NCBI RefSeq assembly: GCF_006345805.1
Contig: NC_043018.1
Span: 13,392,001 to 13,456,000 of the forward strand
Source of the DNA: Octopus sinensis
Lineage: Eukaryota
Direction: 5' to 3'
Length of the DNA: 64,000 nucleotides
Shown here: in pieces, positions 1 through 37,154 of the stretch
How positions within the stretch are numbered: position 1 is the first letter of the stretch
How the letters are laid out: each line of letters opens with the position of its first letter
Made by a program: the position numbers and the translations under genes
Notes under the pieces: model-generated
The model's input: the letters and a program-made list of their open reading frames with translations, nothing else
The model's database searches: none
What the model was told of the DNA's origin: nothing

Positions 1-175
1 CACACACACACACACACACATACGTTAATATCGAACGATAAGAATGGCGGCCCAACACCGCATTGATGGATAAATATTATTTTCTATAGGTTAACGTCCC
101 AAAAGAAATGCTCGATAATTGTTGAGAGATTTCTGTCGGTGTGAAACCAATGACAGCCTTGTCAACCCACAAACA

Positions 176-316
176 AGTATACACACATACATACATACAT
201 ACATACATACACACATACATACATACATACATACACACACACATACATACATACATACATACACACACTCACACATACATACATACATACATACACACAT
301 ACATACATACACACAC

Positions 317-347
<31 letters not shown>

Positions 348-481
348 TACATACATAACATACATACATACATACATACAAACATACATAACATACATAC
401 ATACACATACATACATACACACATACATACACACAAATACATATATACAAACATACATACATACATACATACATACAAACA

Positions 482-516
<35 letters not shown>

Positions 517-531
517 GTATATATATATATA

Positions 532-572
<41 letters not shown>
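176..572. repeat. (TACA)n/(CA)n compound microsatellite followed by (TA)n
   Basis: Direct inspection. Confidence 0.95.
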
Positions 573-573
<1 letters not shown>

Positions 574-999
574 GTTTTATGGAAATATGTGAGTGGATCT
601 TCTTAGTTAATACCGCGGCCTTGATGTCGTTTTGGGGGTGCTGGATGTCTGCATGCATGTATGTGCAATCGGTTGGGTTTCTCTGTTTTTCCATGTGTAT
701 AGTTACGATTATACCTTTTATATTATTTATTTATGATTTGGCTGTGTATGTGGCTATGTACGTGTATGGGTGTATGTGTGTGTGTATACATATAATTATG
801 TATGTATGTGCGCTGGATCTGTGGATGTGCGTGTGCGTATGTGCATTTCTTGACTAACTAACCGTAAAATTTCCATTGTGATTCAAATTTAAAACTATAA
901 GCCAATCGAATCTATCTAGAATAATCAATATCAAGCGGACAGATGAATTAGACTTATTGATATGTAGATGTCCGCTTGCTGTACTTGGTACATTCATGG

Positions 1000-1034
<35 letters not shown>

Positions 1035-1351
1035 ATTAATATTAATTTTATTGACTTTTTGTAGGGTTATACATTTTAATGAACTGAACTGTTTTTTTAT
1101 ATATATATGTCTGCTTTAAATTTAAATGTGAGTGTTATGTATTTCCTTGATGTTAGTTATGGAACTAGGAGTCCAATATGGAAAATAACTGTGTTTGTTA
1201 ATGTATACTGATATATTTTGTTTTATATATTATTGTTTAATGTGTATATGTATGTATATAGATATGTATAGAATTATGAGTGTCTATGCACACATTTTTA
1301 TATTTTATATTTTTATATTTATATGTAAATTTTTTTCACACTTATATTAAT

Positions 1352-1462
1352 TCTCTGAAGAGGCCGTGGGACATCCTTGTTAATGTCTCATTTATACCTG
1401 CTTTATATGGCTAATAGGTTAAATGAGACATACTTGTCCTCACGGCCGAAACAGCTGTCAGA
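1352..1462 (+). ncRNA. Type I hammerhead ribozyme motif, PLE-type, long stem II
   Basis: TCT-CTGAAGA(1355-1361)-GGCCGTG...CACGGCC-GAAA(1448-1451)-CAGCTG-TC^AGA. Stem II also pairs GGACA/TGTCC and TGTCTCATTTA/TAAATGAGACA. Confidence 0.8.
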
Positions 1463-1637
1463 TATGATGTAATTGTATTTTATATTTCTACTTTTATGTC
1501 TAGTTATATTTACAATATATTATGTTTAATGTCTTTGCTGTTATGTAATGGTGTAATAAAGTATTGAATGGGTATTATCTGATGGTTGATGATTGATTGA
1601 TTTAAGTATGTTTCTCCATTTTCTAATTTTGTATATG

Positions 1638-1695
<58 letters not shown>

Positions 1696-2005
1696 TTATA
1701 ATATATATACTATATATATATATAATTAAGATTCAGTTGAATTAGGTACTTAAACTGAGGCACCTCATTTCGTCAGAATAAGACACACACACAACAATAT
1801 TATGTAAATATTTAAGTTGGTACATAAGTACCGGCCGAATGATATTCTTGCAGTGTATGTGAGCAATTAGACTCAGCTGAGTGAAGAAATCTGTTCTTCA
1901 GCTATTCCGGCATGTACGACATATGGTCTGTAATATTTATGAAGGATGGATTCTGAGACAGGTGAATAAAATATAAATGAGTAACAGTAGAGGTACAGGT
2001 GTCAA

Positions 2006-2090
2006 TCCATTACGGCCGTTTCTAACGACTCCTTTAATTGATTAATGAAAACATTGCAACATTGTATAGGAACCGTTTTCGTCAGATGAA
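2006..2090 (-). ncRNA. Type I hammerhead motif in the left arm of foldback 1982-2250
   Basis: Reverse-complement copy of 2142-2226 with the same core. Confidence 0.68.
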
Positions 2091-2141
2091 TTCATGAACT
2101 TCCAAATAAAGGACATTCAAAATGATTTTGAAGTTCATGAA

Positions 2142-2226
2142 TTCATCTGACGAAAACGGTTTCTTTACAATGTTGCAATGTTTTCATTAATCAATTAAAG
2201 GAGTCGTTAGAAACGGCCGTAATGGA
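2142..2226 (+). ncRNA. Type I hammerhead motif in the right arm of foldback 1982-2250
   Basis: TTCAT-CTGACGA-A-AACGGTTTCTTTA...TAAAGGAGTCGTT-A-GAAA-CGGCCG-TA^ATGGA. Confidence 0.7.
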
Positions 2227-2683
2227 TTGGCACCTGTACCTCTACTGTTATATATATATATATATATATATATAAAAGGAAATGAAGAAAATGCTGACAA
2301 ATAATTGAAGTAATTTAAGTAATTTAATTAGGTGAAAGTTCTTTTTACCGGTTGCGCATTTGTTATGCTTATCAAAATATAAAAGAGAGATTAGAGTTCC
2401 TTTCTTATAGAATATATATATATATAATGATAGATAGAGAAAAAGATAGACAAGTGCATTCATACATACGTACATACTACACACACACACACACACACAC
2501 ACACAATATTTATGAATATATAAACATATATTTATTTCTCGCTGGATAGAGTACTTGTTGATACGACTAATAATGAAACTATCTATATTCAATACAATTA
2601 GTTAATCTGAGCGAGAAGGAGCGAGGTCTGTGTAAGAAGCCTATAAATGTTTAAGTCTCACGAAACTGGATCAAACTGTTCGA

Positions 2684-2730
<47 letters not shown>

Positions 2731-2833
2731 CAACAACATATATATAAATACATGCGTTCATTCATATATACTTGTACATAGATGAAAAAAAAATATATAT
2801 TTATCAAAAGAAAAACAGGATGCAAAGGATTTA

Positions 2834-2920
2834 GCGGTACATATGTTTCTGACTTTATTGGATAATTTATATCAATGCATAATTGATGTAACATGTATGT
2901 CAATAGCCTTCCTCGGCCGC
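2834..2920 (-). ncRNA. Hammerhead family H1 copy with a core mutation (CCGAGGA)
   Basis: Inverted copy of 3151-3237 with a U4C change; probably impaired. Confidence 0.55.
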
Positions 2921-3150
2921 GTACAATTACCACACCAAAGACATGTATTACATTATAGCAGGTCTGAGAAGAAGTTTGGGAAAAAGACGAGTTTCGTTGG
3001 TGAAAAAACGGTATGGACGTCTTGTTTTGGTGTCTCGCTATGCCATATACGACTATGAGGATTTGCATTCCCAACGAAACTCGTCTTCTTCCCAAACGTC
3101 TTCTCAAACCTGCTATAATGTAATACATGTCTTTGGTGTGGTAATTGTAC

Positions 3151-3237
3151 GCGGCTGAGGAAGGCTATTGACATACATGTTACATCAATTATGCATTGAT
3201 ATAAATTGTCCAATAAAGCCAGAAACATATGTACCGC
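3151..3237 (+). ncRNA. Type I hammerhead motif, family H1
   Basis: GCGG-CTGAGGA-A-GGC-TATTG...CAATA-AA-GCC-A-GAAA-CATATG-TA^CCGC. Confidence 0.78.
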
Positions 3238-5460
3238 TAAATCCTTTGCATCCTGTTTTTCTTTTGATAAATATACCCTATCACCTACACCACTAACTGG
3301 CATATACAGGTGCTTACAGTTATCAAGAATTCACCCTGAATTTTTCTACCTAACTTATATATATATATATATATACTCTCTCTCTTTCTTTTACTCTTTT
3401 ACTCTTTTACTTGTTTCAGTCACTTGACTGCGGCCATGCTGGGGCACCGCCTTTAGTCGAGCAAATGGACCCCGGGACTTATTCTTTGTAAGCCCAGTAC
3501 TTATTCTATCGGTCTCTTTTGCCGAACCGCTAAGTGACGGGGACGTAAACACACCAGCATCGGTTGTCAAGCAATGCTAGGGGGACAAACACACACACAC
3601 AAACACACACATACACATACATATATATACATATATACAACAGGCTTCTTTCAGTTTCCGTCTACCAAATCCACTCACAAGGCATTGGTCGGCCCGGGGC
3701 TATAGCAGAAGACACTTGCCCAAGATGCCACGCAGTGGGACTGAACCCGGAACCATGTGGTTGGTTAGCAAGCTACTTACCACACACACACATTATATAT
3801 ATAGAGAGAGAATTTACGAAAGAAACAAAAGACGAAGACAGGTGATGTACAAAACAAACAGATGCATTAGTATAACGCTCAGGAATAGAAAAAGTCTTTT
3901 ACGTTTCGTGCCTATGCTCTTCCACAGAAAGGGACACAGAAAGAAACAAGGAGAGAAAAAAATGTGTGTAGTGGCTAACGATCTATCATGGCGAATATAT
4001 ATATATACACACACGCACACACAAATATATATTTATACATACATAAACACACGCACACACACACATACATATATAAGAGGTTGGGGTAATGTAAAAGAGG
4101 CACCGAATCTTGAAAAATGTCTTAGTTTCTGTCTGCTTTTCGTTTTAAGAAATGAAATCGGATTATTTTAGAGTTAATGTAACATTAAAAGCATTTTGTC
4201 CAGATATTTGTCCTCTAAATGGTCGATATTTCTTGTAACTGAAGTCAAAGAGGAAGTTTTCAAGCGGTACTTGATCTGCTAGAAATAGCAGTCAAATTAT
4301 CCCCAAGTCTCGTCGTACCGTCTTTACATGAAATATACACATTTGTTAATGTTGTGAGTAAGCCATCCACCACTATGAAGAAAATTGACAGTGTTGGTTA
4401 GGATCGAAATACCTTTGATTAGTTTGCTTGATCAGGATGACTGAGGTTAAATTACAACAAAAGCAACAACTTCAAAAATAGTCTACAGACATCTACAATA
4501 ACGACGTGTGTGTCGTTGTGTCTATTGCCGAAACGCCAAGTTACCTGGACGCAACTTGTCAAGCGGTAGAGGGGGGGGGGGGTAAATATATACAGTATCA
4601 GGCTTTAAAAAGTACTAGGGTCGAATTATTCGACGATAAATTCCTTAAAGCGGTGCCCCAACATGGCCACAGTCTAATGACTGAAACAAGTAGAAGAAAG
4701 AATAACAATAGCAGCAACAACAACAGGTTAGCAGTGTTAGTTTGAAACAAATCTATTGCCCCGGGCTCGTACGCGGAGCCAGATTTAGCAATGGTCGAAC
4801 CCCAAAAGAGAGAATTATGTAAGAGGTCATACTCTATTTAGCAATTGTTAACATGCTCCAGCATGGCCACAGTGTAACGACTGAAACAAGTTAAAAAATA
4901 AAAGAATACGAGGAAAATAAGGCAATCTTATTTCCATAAAAAAAAATAACGAAATCTGTTTAAAAAGAGGCAGTTTTCATTTGTTAACGTTAAATGTTAC
5001 CAAATTATGTTAATTAAAGAAAATATGAATCATTATTTAATTATAGATCATATGAAAGTTGTTACAAATAAAAAAGAAAATAATATGAGATTTTGAGCGG
5101 TGCCTTTCGTATAGTTGAAATCCCAAGTTGTAGCTTTTATTTAAATTCACGCAGGTCTTTAGATGTAGCTTATACCTAAATCCAATCTTTATGGCACGGT
5201 GAGAAACAATCTATTGTCACGAGAGAGACCAAAAGAAAATATAAGCTGGACATAGAAGTATGGAGAAAGGAAGCAAAATGAAAGATCTTACTTACTCTCT
5301 CTTTCGTTGTGAAATATAATGTATTGGTAAAGTTCAGATAAGTTGCAATAGCCAGGGATATGAAGCGATAAGAACAATAGGTGCGAAACGAGTAAGGTGG
5401 TGATAACCTAGAAATGAGATTAGCAACTTCTAGCATAGAGACAAGGACACCAAATAGAGG

Positions 5461-5533
<73 letters not shown>

Positions 5534-5684
5534 ATCGAATCGACTTTTCTCTCCACTCTTTGATTGGATGATAACCAGCCAATGTTTTGTTCTTATTCAG
5601 TTACTGATAAGTGAAATAACCCTCTCTGGAATTCTTAGTCAAGTCAACGTTATCAGGAACTCAAACTGGGTGCACACACACACA

Positions 5685-5725
<41 letters not shown>

Positions 5726-6583
5726 GCACACACACTCATTCACATACTCATACACACACACACATGCACACATGCACACACCTGTGTATGCAGATTTGTG
5801 TTTGATCATTATTTTACCAAATCGGAAACATTTTATAGCATTAACCTTTAAAGTTGTCTCACTTTAATTTTCTATGAATAGAAGCTATGTGACAGAAACG
5901 GATATCTTTGTTGCCATGGGCACGGTGAAGAGCAAAGTTTAAAGGAAGAGGTGTAAGTGCTCGATTTACATTATCAGTCCAAAGAGACTCCTTGTCAAAT
6001 ACGTATGAAAACTGATGTGGGACAGCTCTACGTTAAAGAAGAGCACGACCACGAAGATCCACTCCCAAATGCTTCGATCACTCAAAGTCATCGATTGGAA
6101 CGGAAGTAGGCCCGTGAGAGCCGGAGGCTTTTCACAATGAAGACGTCAGTTAAATGAGAATCATCAGCTGTTTGGACCCTGTAGAAGTACCTGTAGCTTC
6201 AGGTGTGTGTGAGCAGTCTTCTCTCGGACCCACTTTGCTCACCCTGCGTCGGAAAGGGCGTGGCAGGGTGCCTCAACTATTGCCTGACTTACTCCAAACT
6301 ATACCTGGATATTCTCTTTTACTCTTTTACTTGTTTCAGTCACTTGACTGTGGCCATGCTGGGGCACCGCCTTTAGTCGAGCAAATCGACCCCAGTACTT
6401 ATTCTTTGGATGCCTAGTGCTTATTCTATCGGTCTCTTTTGCCGAACCGCTAAGTTACGGGGACGTAAACACACCAGCATCGGTTGTCAAGCGATGTTGG
6501 TGGGGACAAACACAGACACACAAACATATACACACATACAAAGCTTAGTTCAAACGCTTTAATGACTGTTCCAGCGCGAAAAG

Positions 6584-6669
<86 letters not shown>

Positions 6670-6797
6670 ACGGATAAAAACTCATATACACACAGTTATA
6701 TATTTGTGTATTTGTAAATATAGACTATTACACAAATTCCACTGGAATTCATACACAAGTAACGAAAGAAGCAACACAAATTACAAACAACAACAAC

Positions 6798-6874
<77 letters not shown>

Positions 6875-8130
6875 GTGTGGTTTTGTAAAAAAAATTATTT
6901 TTAATAAATGAATATTGGAGTAACAATAGATTAAAGAAACACAGGTAATGCATAATATACACATATTGTACGCAAAGTGGATATATTCCTATTATATTAA
7001 TATGGTATACAAGAATAGTATATCCATATGCTGTACGCACACCGGTGGTACACAGAATAAAAGTGAAACTTTTAATACAATTCTAATAATAATTATTTGA
7101 AATTTTTGTCACAAGGGTTGCTTGGCGGAGGTGGGGATGAGCCGATTACATCGACCCCAGTGTTCAACTGGTACTTATTCCATAGACCCGAAAGGATGGA
7201 AGACAAAGTCGACCTCAGCAGAAATTGAACTCAGAACGTAGCGACGGGCGAAATACCTATTTCTTTACTACCCTCAAGGGGCTTCACACAGAAGGGACAA
7301 ACAAGGACAGACAAACGGATTAAGTCGATTATATCGACCCCACTGCGTAACTGGTACTTATTTAATCGACCCCGAAAGGATGAAAGGCAAAGTCGACCTC
7401 GTCGGAATTTGAACTCAGAACGTAACGGCAGACGAAATACTGCTAAGCATTTCGCCCGGCGTGCTAACGTTTCTACCAGCTCGCCGCCTTCACAATTCTA
7501 ATAATAATAATCTTTGATACAATAAGGAAAAGGCTTGAAATACTGGGGAAGGGGACCAGTTGATGACATCGATCCGAGTGCATAACTGGTACTTATTTTG
7601 GTTGTCAAGCGATGTTGGGGGGACAAACACAGACACACAAACATACACATACACACATATATATATACATAGATACGACGGGCTTCTTTCAGTTTCCGTC
7701 AACCAAATCCACTCACAAGGCTTTGGTCGGCCCGAGGCTATAGTAGAAGACACTTGCCCAAGGTTCCACGCAGTGGGACTGAACCCGGAACCATGCGGTT
7801 GGTAAGCAAGCTACTTACCACACAGCCACTCCTGCGCCTATACGTAATAGTGAAGAAAATTTATTAAGAGCTGCCAGAGTCTCAGCAAGGCAGGGAGCAA
7901 GCCTGCTCCAGGAGTTCCAGCAAATCCTGTGATAAAATGAAATAATAATAATAATAATCCTTTCTACTAAAGGCACAGAATCTGAAATTTGGGGGGAAAG
8001 GCACAAGTTGATTGCATCGAACCGAAAGGCAAAATCGACCTCTGCAAAATTTGAACTCAGAACGTGCCGACGGACTAAATGCCGCTAAGCATTTTCTCTG
8101 GCGTGATAACAATTCTGTTAGCTAGCCGCC

Positions 8131-8176
<46 letters not shown>

Positions 8177-8177
<1 letters not shown>

Positions 8178-8642
8178 CTCAATCGATATAAACGTATCTT
8201 CTCAATCGATATAAACGTATCTGTCAAGACCTACCAAAAACTGAGCAAATATAAAGATCTTGAAATAGAAATCAGCAAAATGTGGAACCTGAAGACTAAA
8301 ACAATACCTGTTGTCATAGGTGCCCTGGGAATGGCAGCAAAAGGGGCTGATTGCTACCTAACTCAGATACCAGGAAACCCCAAAATGGCAGAAATTCAAA
8401 AGGTTGTGCTCATGGGAACTGCTCATATCCTATGCAAAATACTTTCTATGTAATCTCAAGTATTAAAACAAGCATAATTTTCATATGTTTTTTTTAGACA
8501 TTCACTAGTACAACACTAAATACAAAACCAAATATATGGCACACTAGGCATAACAACAACATGAACTTCCAACCTGTTGTCTCTTGAGGTCTCTGGGTGA
8601 AACTTGGAGCCAACTTGTACAAATATAAAGCAAAAGTCAAAC

Positions 8643-8645
<3 letters not shown>
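8177..8645 (+). mobile_element. R4/Dong family B 3' fragment
   Basis: SIDINVSVKTYQKLSKYKDLEIE...ILSM plus 3' UTR, between two (TAA)n tracts; 23-bp tandem duplication at the 5' junction. Confidence 0.85.
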
Positions 8646-8685
<40 letters not shown>

Positions 8686-9044
8686 GATAACGATAACAAC
8701 AACAACAACAACAATAATAATAATAAATGCCCTGATCATGGCTTCTGATCTTAACTGATTGGAAGTGTTATCATGTGCATTGTTTTGTATTGGTATAAAA
8801 GATGGGCTACAGCAAATATTCTGCTCAATACCGTAGATTTGCTGGTCAGTTGTTTGACCTTAACCAGTTGAGCATGTCCCTTGGTGGCTGACAATATGTG
8901 CATTTCTGATCACGAGCAGAAGTAGTGGGGGAGCATCATAGCCGTGTGTTGAGAGGGATTCTTAGAGGTTTGGATAATTCACCTTTGGAAACATGGGTGT
9001 TTCGTTCAACGTCCCTAAACAATCCTTATTCAAGGACCTTTTGA

Positions 9045-9130
9045 GCGGTACATATGTTTCTGACTTTATTGGACAATTATATCAATGCATAATTGATGAA
9101 ACATGTATGTCAATAGCCTTCCTCAGCCGC
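9045..9130 (-). ncRNA. Hammerhead family H1 copy, intact core, in sense to CHS downstream of its stop
   Basis: Minus strand GCGG-CTGAGGA-AGGC...AATAAAGTCA-GAAA-CATATG-TA^CCGC; predicted cut between 9049 and 9048. Confidence 0.75.
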
Positions 9131-9325
9131 GTACAATTACACACAGGGCCCCACCTGCAGGGTCATGTGCTGTTTATCTTGATATGAGATCACCATGTCG
9201 CGCACATATGGTCGTGATGCATGTGCATGGTGTACCCTTATCAGACAGGTAGTCATGATGGGTATTTGGGGCTTCGTATATTTTACCCCAGTGTCACTTT
9301 GATGGCGTGCACTGCTCTCTCGCTC

Positions 9326-9377
<52 letters not shown>

Positions 9378-9644
9378 TAATAATAATTATTATTATTATT
9401 ATGTTTTTTCCTTCTTCAAATTTTCTTCCGTTTCTCGCCGAGTGTTTTCCATACACCGAGGGCAGAGAAGGGCATTGTATGCATTCCCAGATTACACACG
9501 CAAATTCACAGATAAAATATGTATTTAAAAATTAATAAATAAATAAATTCATGGATGGATGTTATTTTCACAGCGATATTGCTCTTCTCAGTACATGAGC
9601 TGTTCCAGTTAACACGATTTTTTGCACTTCCTGTAGGGATGGTA

Positions 9645-9690
<46 letters not shown>

Positions 9691-10071
9691 TGTAGCTGTA
9701 TTAATATTAGAGTTAATTGCACTTCACCGAAAACTATGTCTTAGGTTCAGTTGTGCCACAGAATCAGAAATGATAAGCATTAATTCTTCTCCATACCCTT
9801 GGACTGCATTTAGACCTGAAAAGTCAGATATTTTCAAATGCTAGAATATTTAAATGAAATTGCAAGAGACGTCAAAAGCTACAACCGAGATTCAACACTT
9901 TCCTAACACATACACACACACACACACGTGCGTGAGTGTGTATACATGTATATATATATATATATATATATGTAGGTTTGTGTTCGTTTGTACGTGTGTA
10001 TGTCTGTGTGTGTCAATTTTGATGCCTAAGTATCTAGTACATATTGATACAGATATTGGAAACGTTTTATG

Positions 10072-10112
<41 letters not shown>

Positions 10113-10519
10113 TATAATATATATATATAAATATATGTATATATAAAAGAACATAACTTAAGTACCTATTCAATTATATATATATATATATACGCACGTG
10201 CGTGTGTGTGTAGGAAGTGGTTGTAGGATAGTGAAAGTATTAAAGAATTCTAATTTGAAGAATCCATTAATTGAATACGTGTGCTTTTTTCACAGGTGTA
10301 AAAGATGTGGCACAAATAACATATCACTATCTGACTGGATTCTGCACATGCACCAGTTGATATCATGTCAGCGTCCCGTATGCCTGTTTCCTCAAGGGAG
10401 TCAATTAAACAGAAGCCAGGGAACTGCACCAGCCGATTGTATCGACTGTGCACGCTCCCCACTTTTTTCCTGTTCATAAGAGAGATATGTACCTGCTAAA
10501 ATAAAACCTTCAGTTACTT

Positions 10520-36157
<25,638 letters not shown>

Positions 36158-36873
36158 GTTTGTTTTGGTTAAATTATTCAACCTAAATCTGTAATAGAAA
36201 AACAGAGAAAGAAAAGATATAATAAAATATGGGTTCATTATTTTCATGATAAGGGTTATGCTGCTCTCATTGTGGTCGACTTGTTTTTAGAGTCTTGTTG
36301 ATATAGAAATAACAAACTTGTAACTAGAAGTAGATGACAATTTTTGGTGTACAAAGCGTTGCATTCAATAAGTAAAAAAAAAAAAATTTTGATGTAAATC
36401 ATTTTTGGTGTTAACATGGTCCGATTTGAATTTTATCTTCTACAGAATGAAGAGCAAGCCTTCTTCTATCATACTCTCAATTTTGGTCAACTTGCGCTGC
36501 AGGGTCTCGAAGGAGATAGTGTTAGTTGAAGGCTACCAAACCTGCCACACACAGACAACTTCAGCTTTATATATATAGATTCGCTACACACTACTTTCCA
36601 TCCTTAATAATGAAACTTGGGAGATCCAAAAGTTAAACACACAGACACACTCACAGATACACACAGACACACAAGTTGAGTTATATATATATATATATAT
36701 ATATATAGATTTCTCAACGGGGATTTCAGGGGAGAGTTTCAAGGAGTCGCTGGCGATGTATCGTGATGATCAAAAATCCGGCCTGCTAAAATTTGGTTAA
36801 AGTGATTCAAACTGCAGACTCAACGCAAAATGGTCACATTTAATTCAAAGCTGTATTGGTGTATATTTGTACG

Positions 36874-36923
<50 letters not shown>

Positions 36924-37154
36924 AGTGCATGTCTTCGTTGCCCACACGCTTGTACATATGTGTATGCAGAATAATAATGAAATAACTCTATATTAACTGG
37001 ATGATGTATGAATATATTGACTGTGATTGTAAAATTAATAAGCTTACATCTTTCATAAATATCTGTTTATATTATATCATAGTATATTCTATATTTTAAT
37101 TTCTTATGCTATGTATTGTGAAGTGAAGAATACACAGAATCTATTATTATTATT

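Larger units (their letters stand above)
1982..2250. repeat. Inverted repeat, arms about 121 bp, spacer about 27 bp
   Basis: 1982-2102 is nearly the reverse complement of 2130-2250. Confidence 0.95.
2796..3275. repeat. Inverted repeat, arms about 205 bp, spacer 70 bp
   Basis: 2796-3000 versus 3071-3275. Confidence 0.95.

Noticed and set aside
77-857. Many ORFs such as MYVCMYV/HTYIHT here and at 44852-45685 and 56748-60026
   Set aside because: Translations of microsatellites; no coding signal.
3001-3085. CTATGA-GGA...TCC-CAAC-GAAA-CTCG-TC in the spacer of the 2796-3275 foldback
   Set aside because: The core lacks a G (CTATGA) in both related copies and stem I does not pair.
5900-6180. Non-repetitive patch with possible transposase-like words
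   Set aside because: No recognisable motif or splice structure; unassigned.
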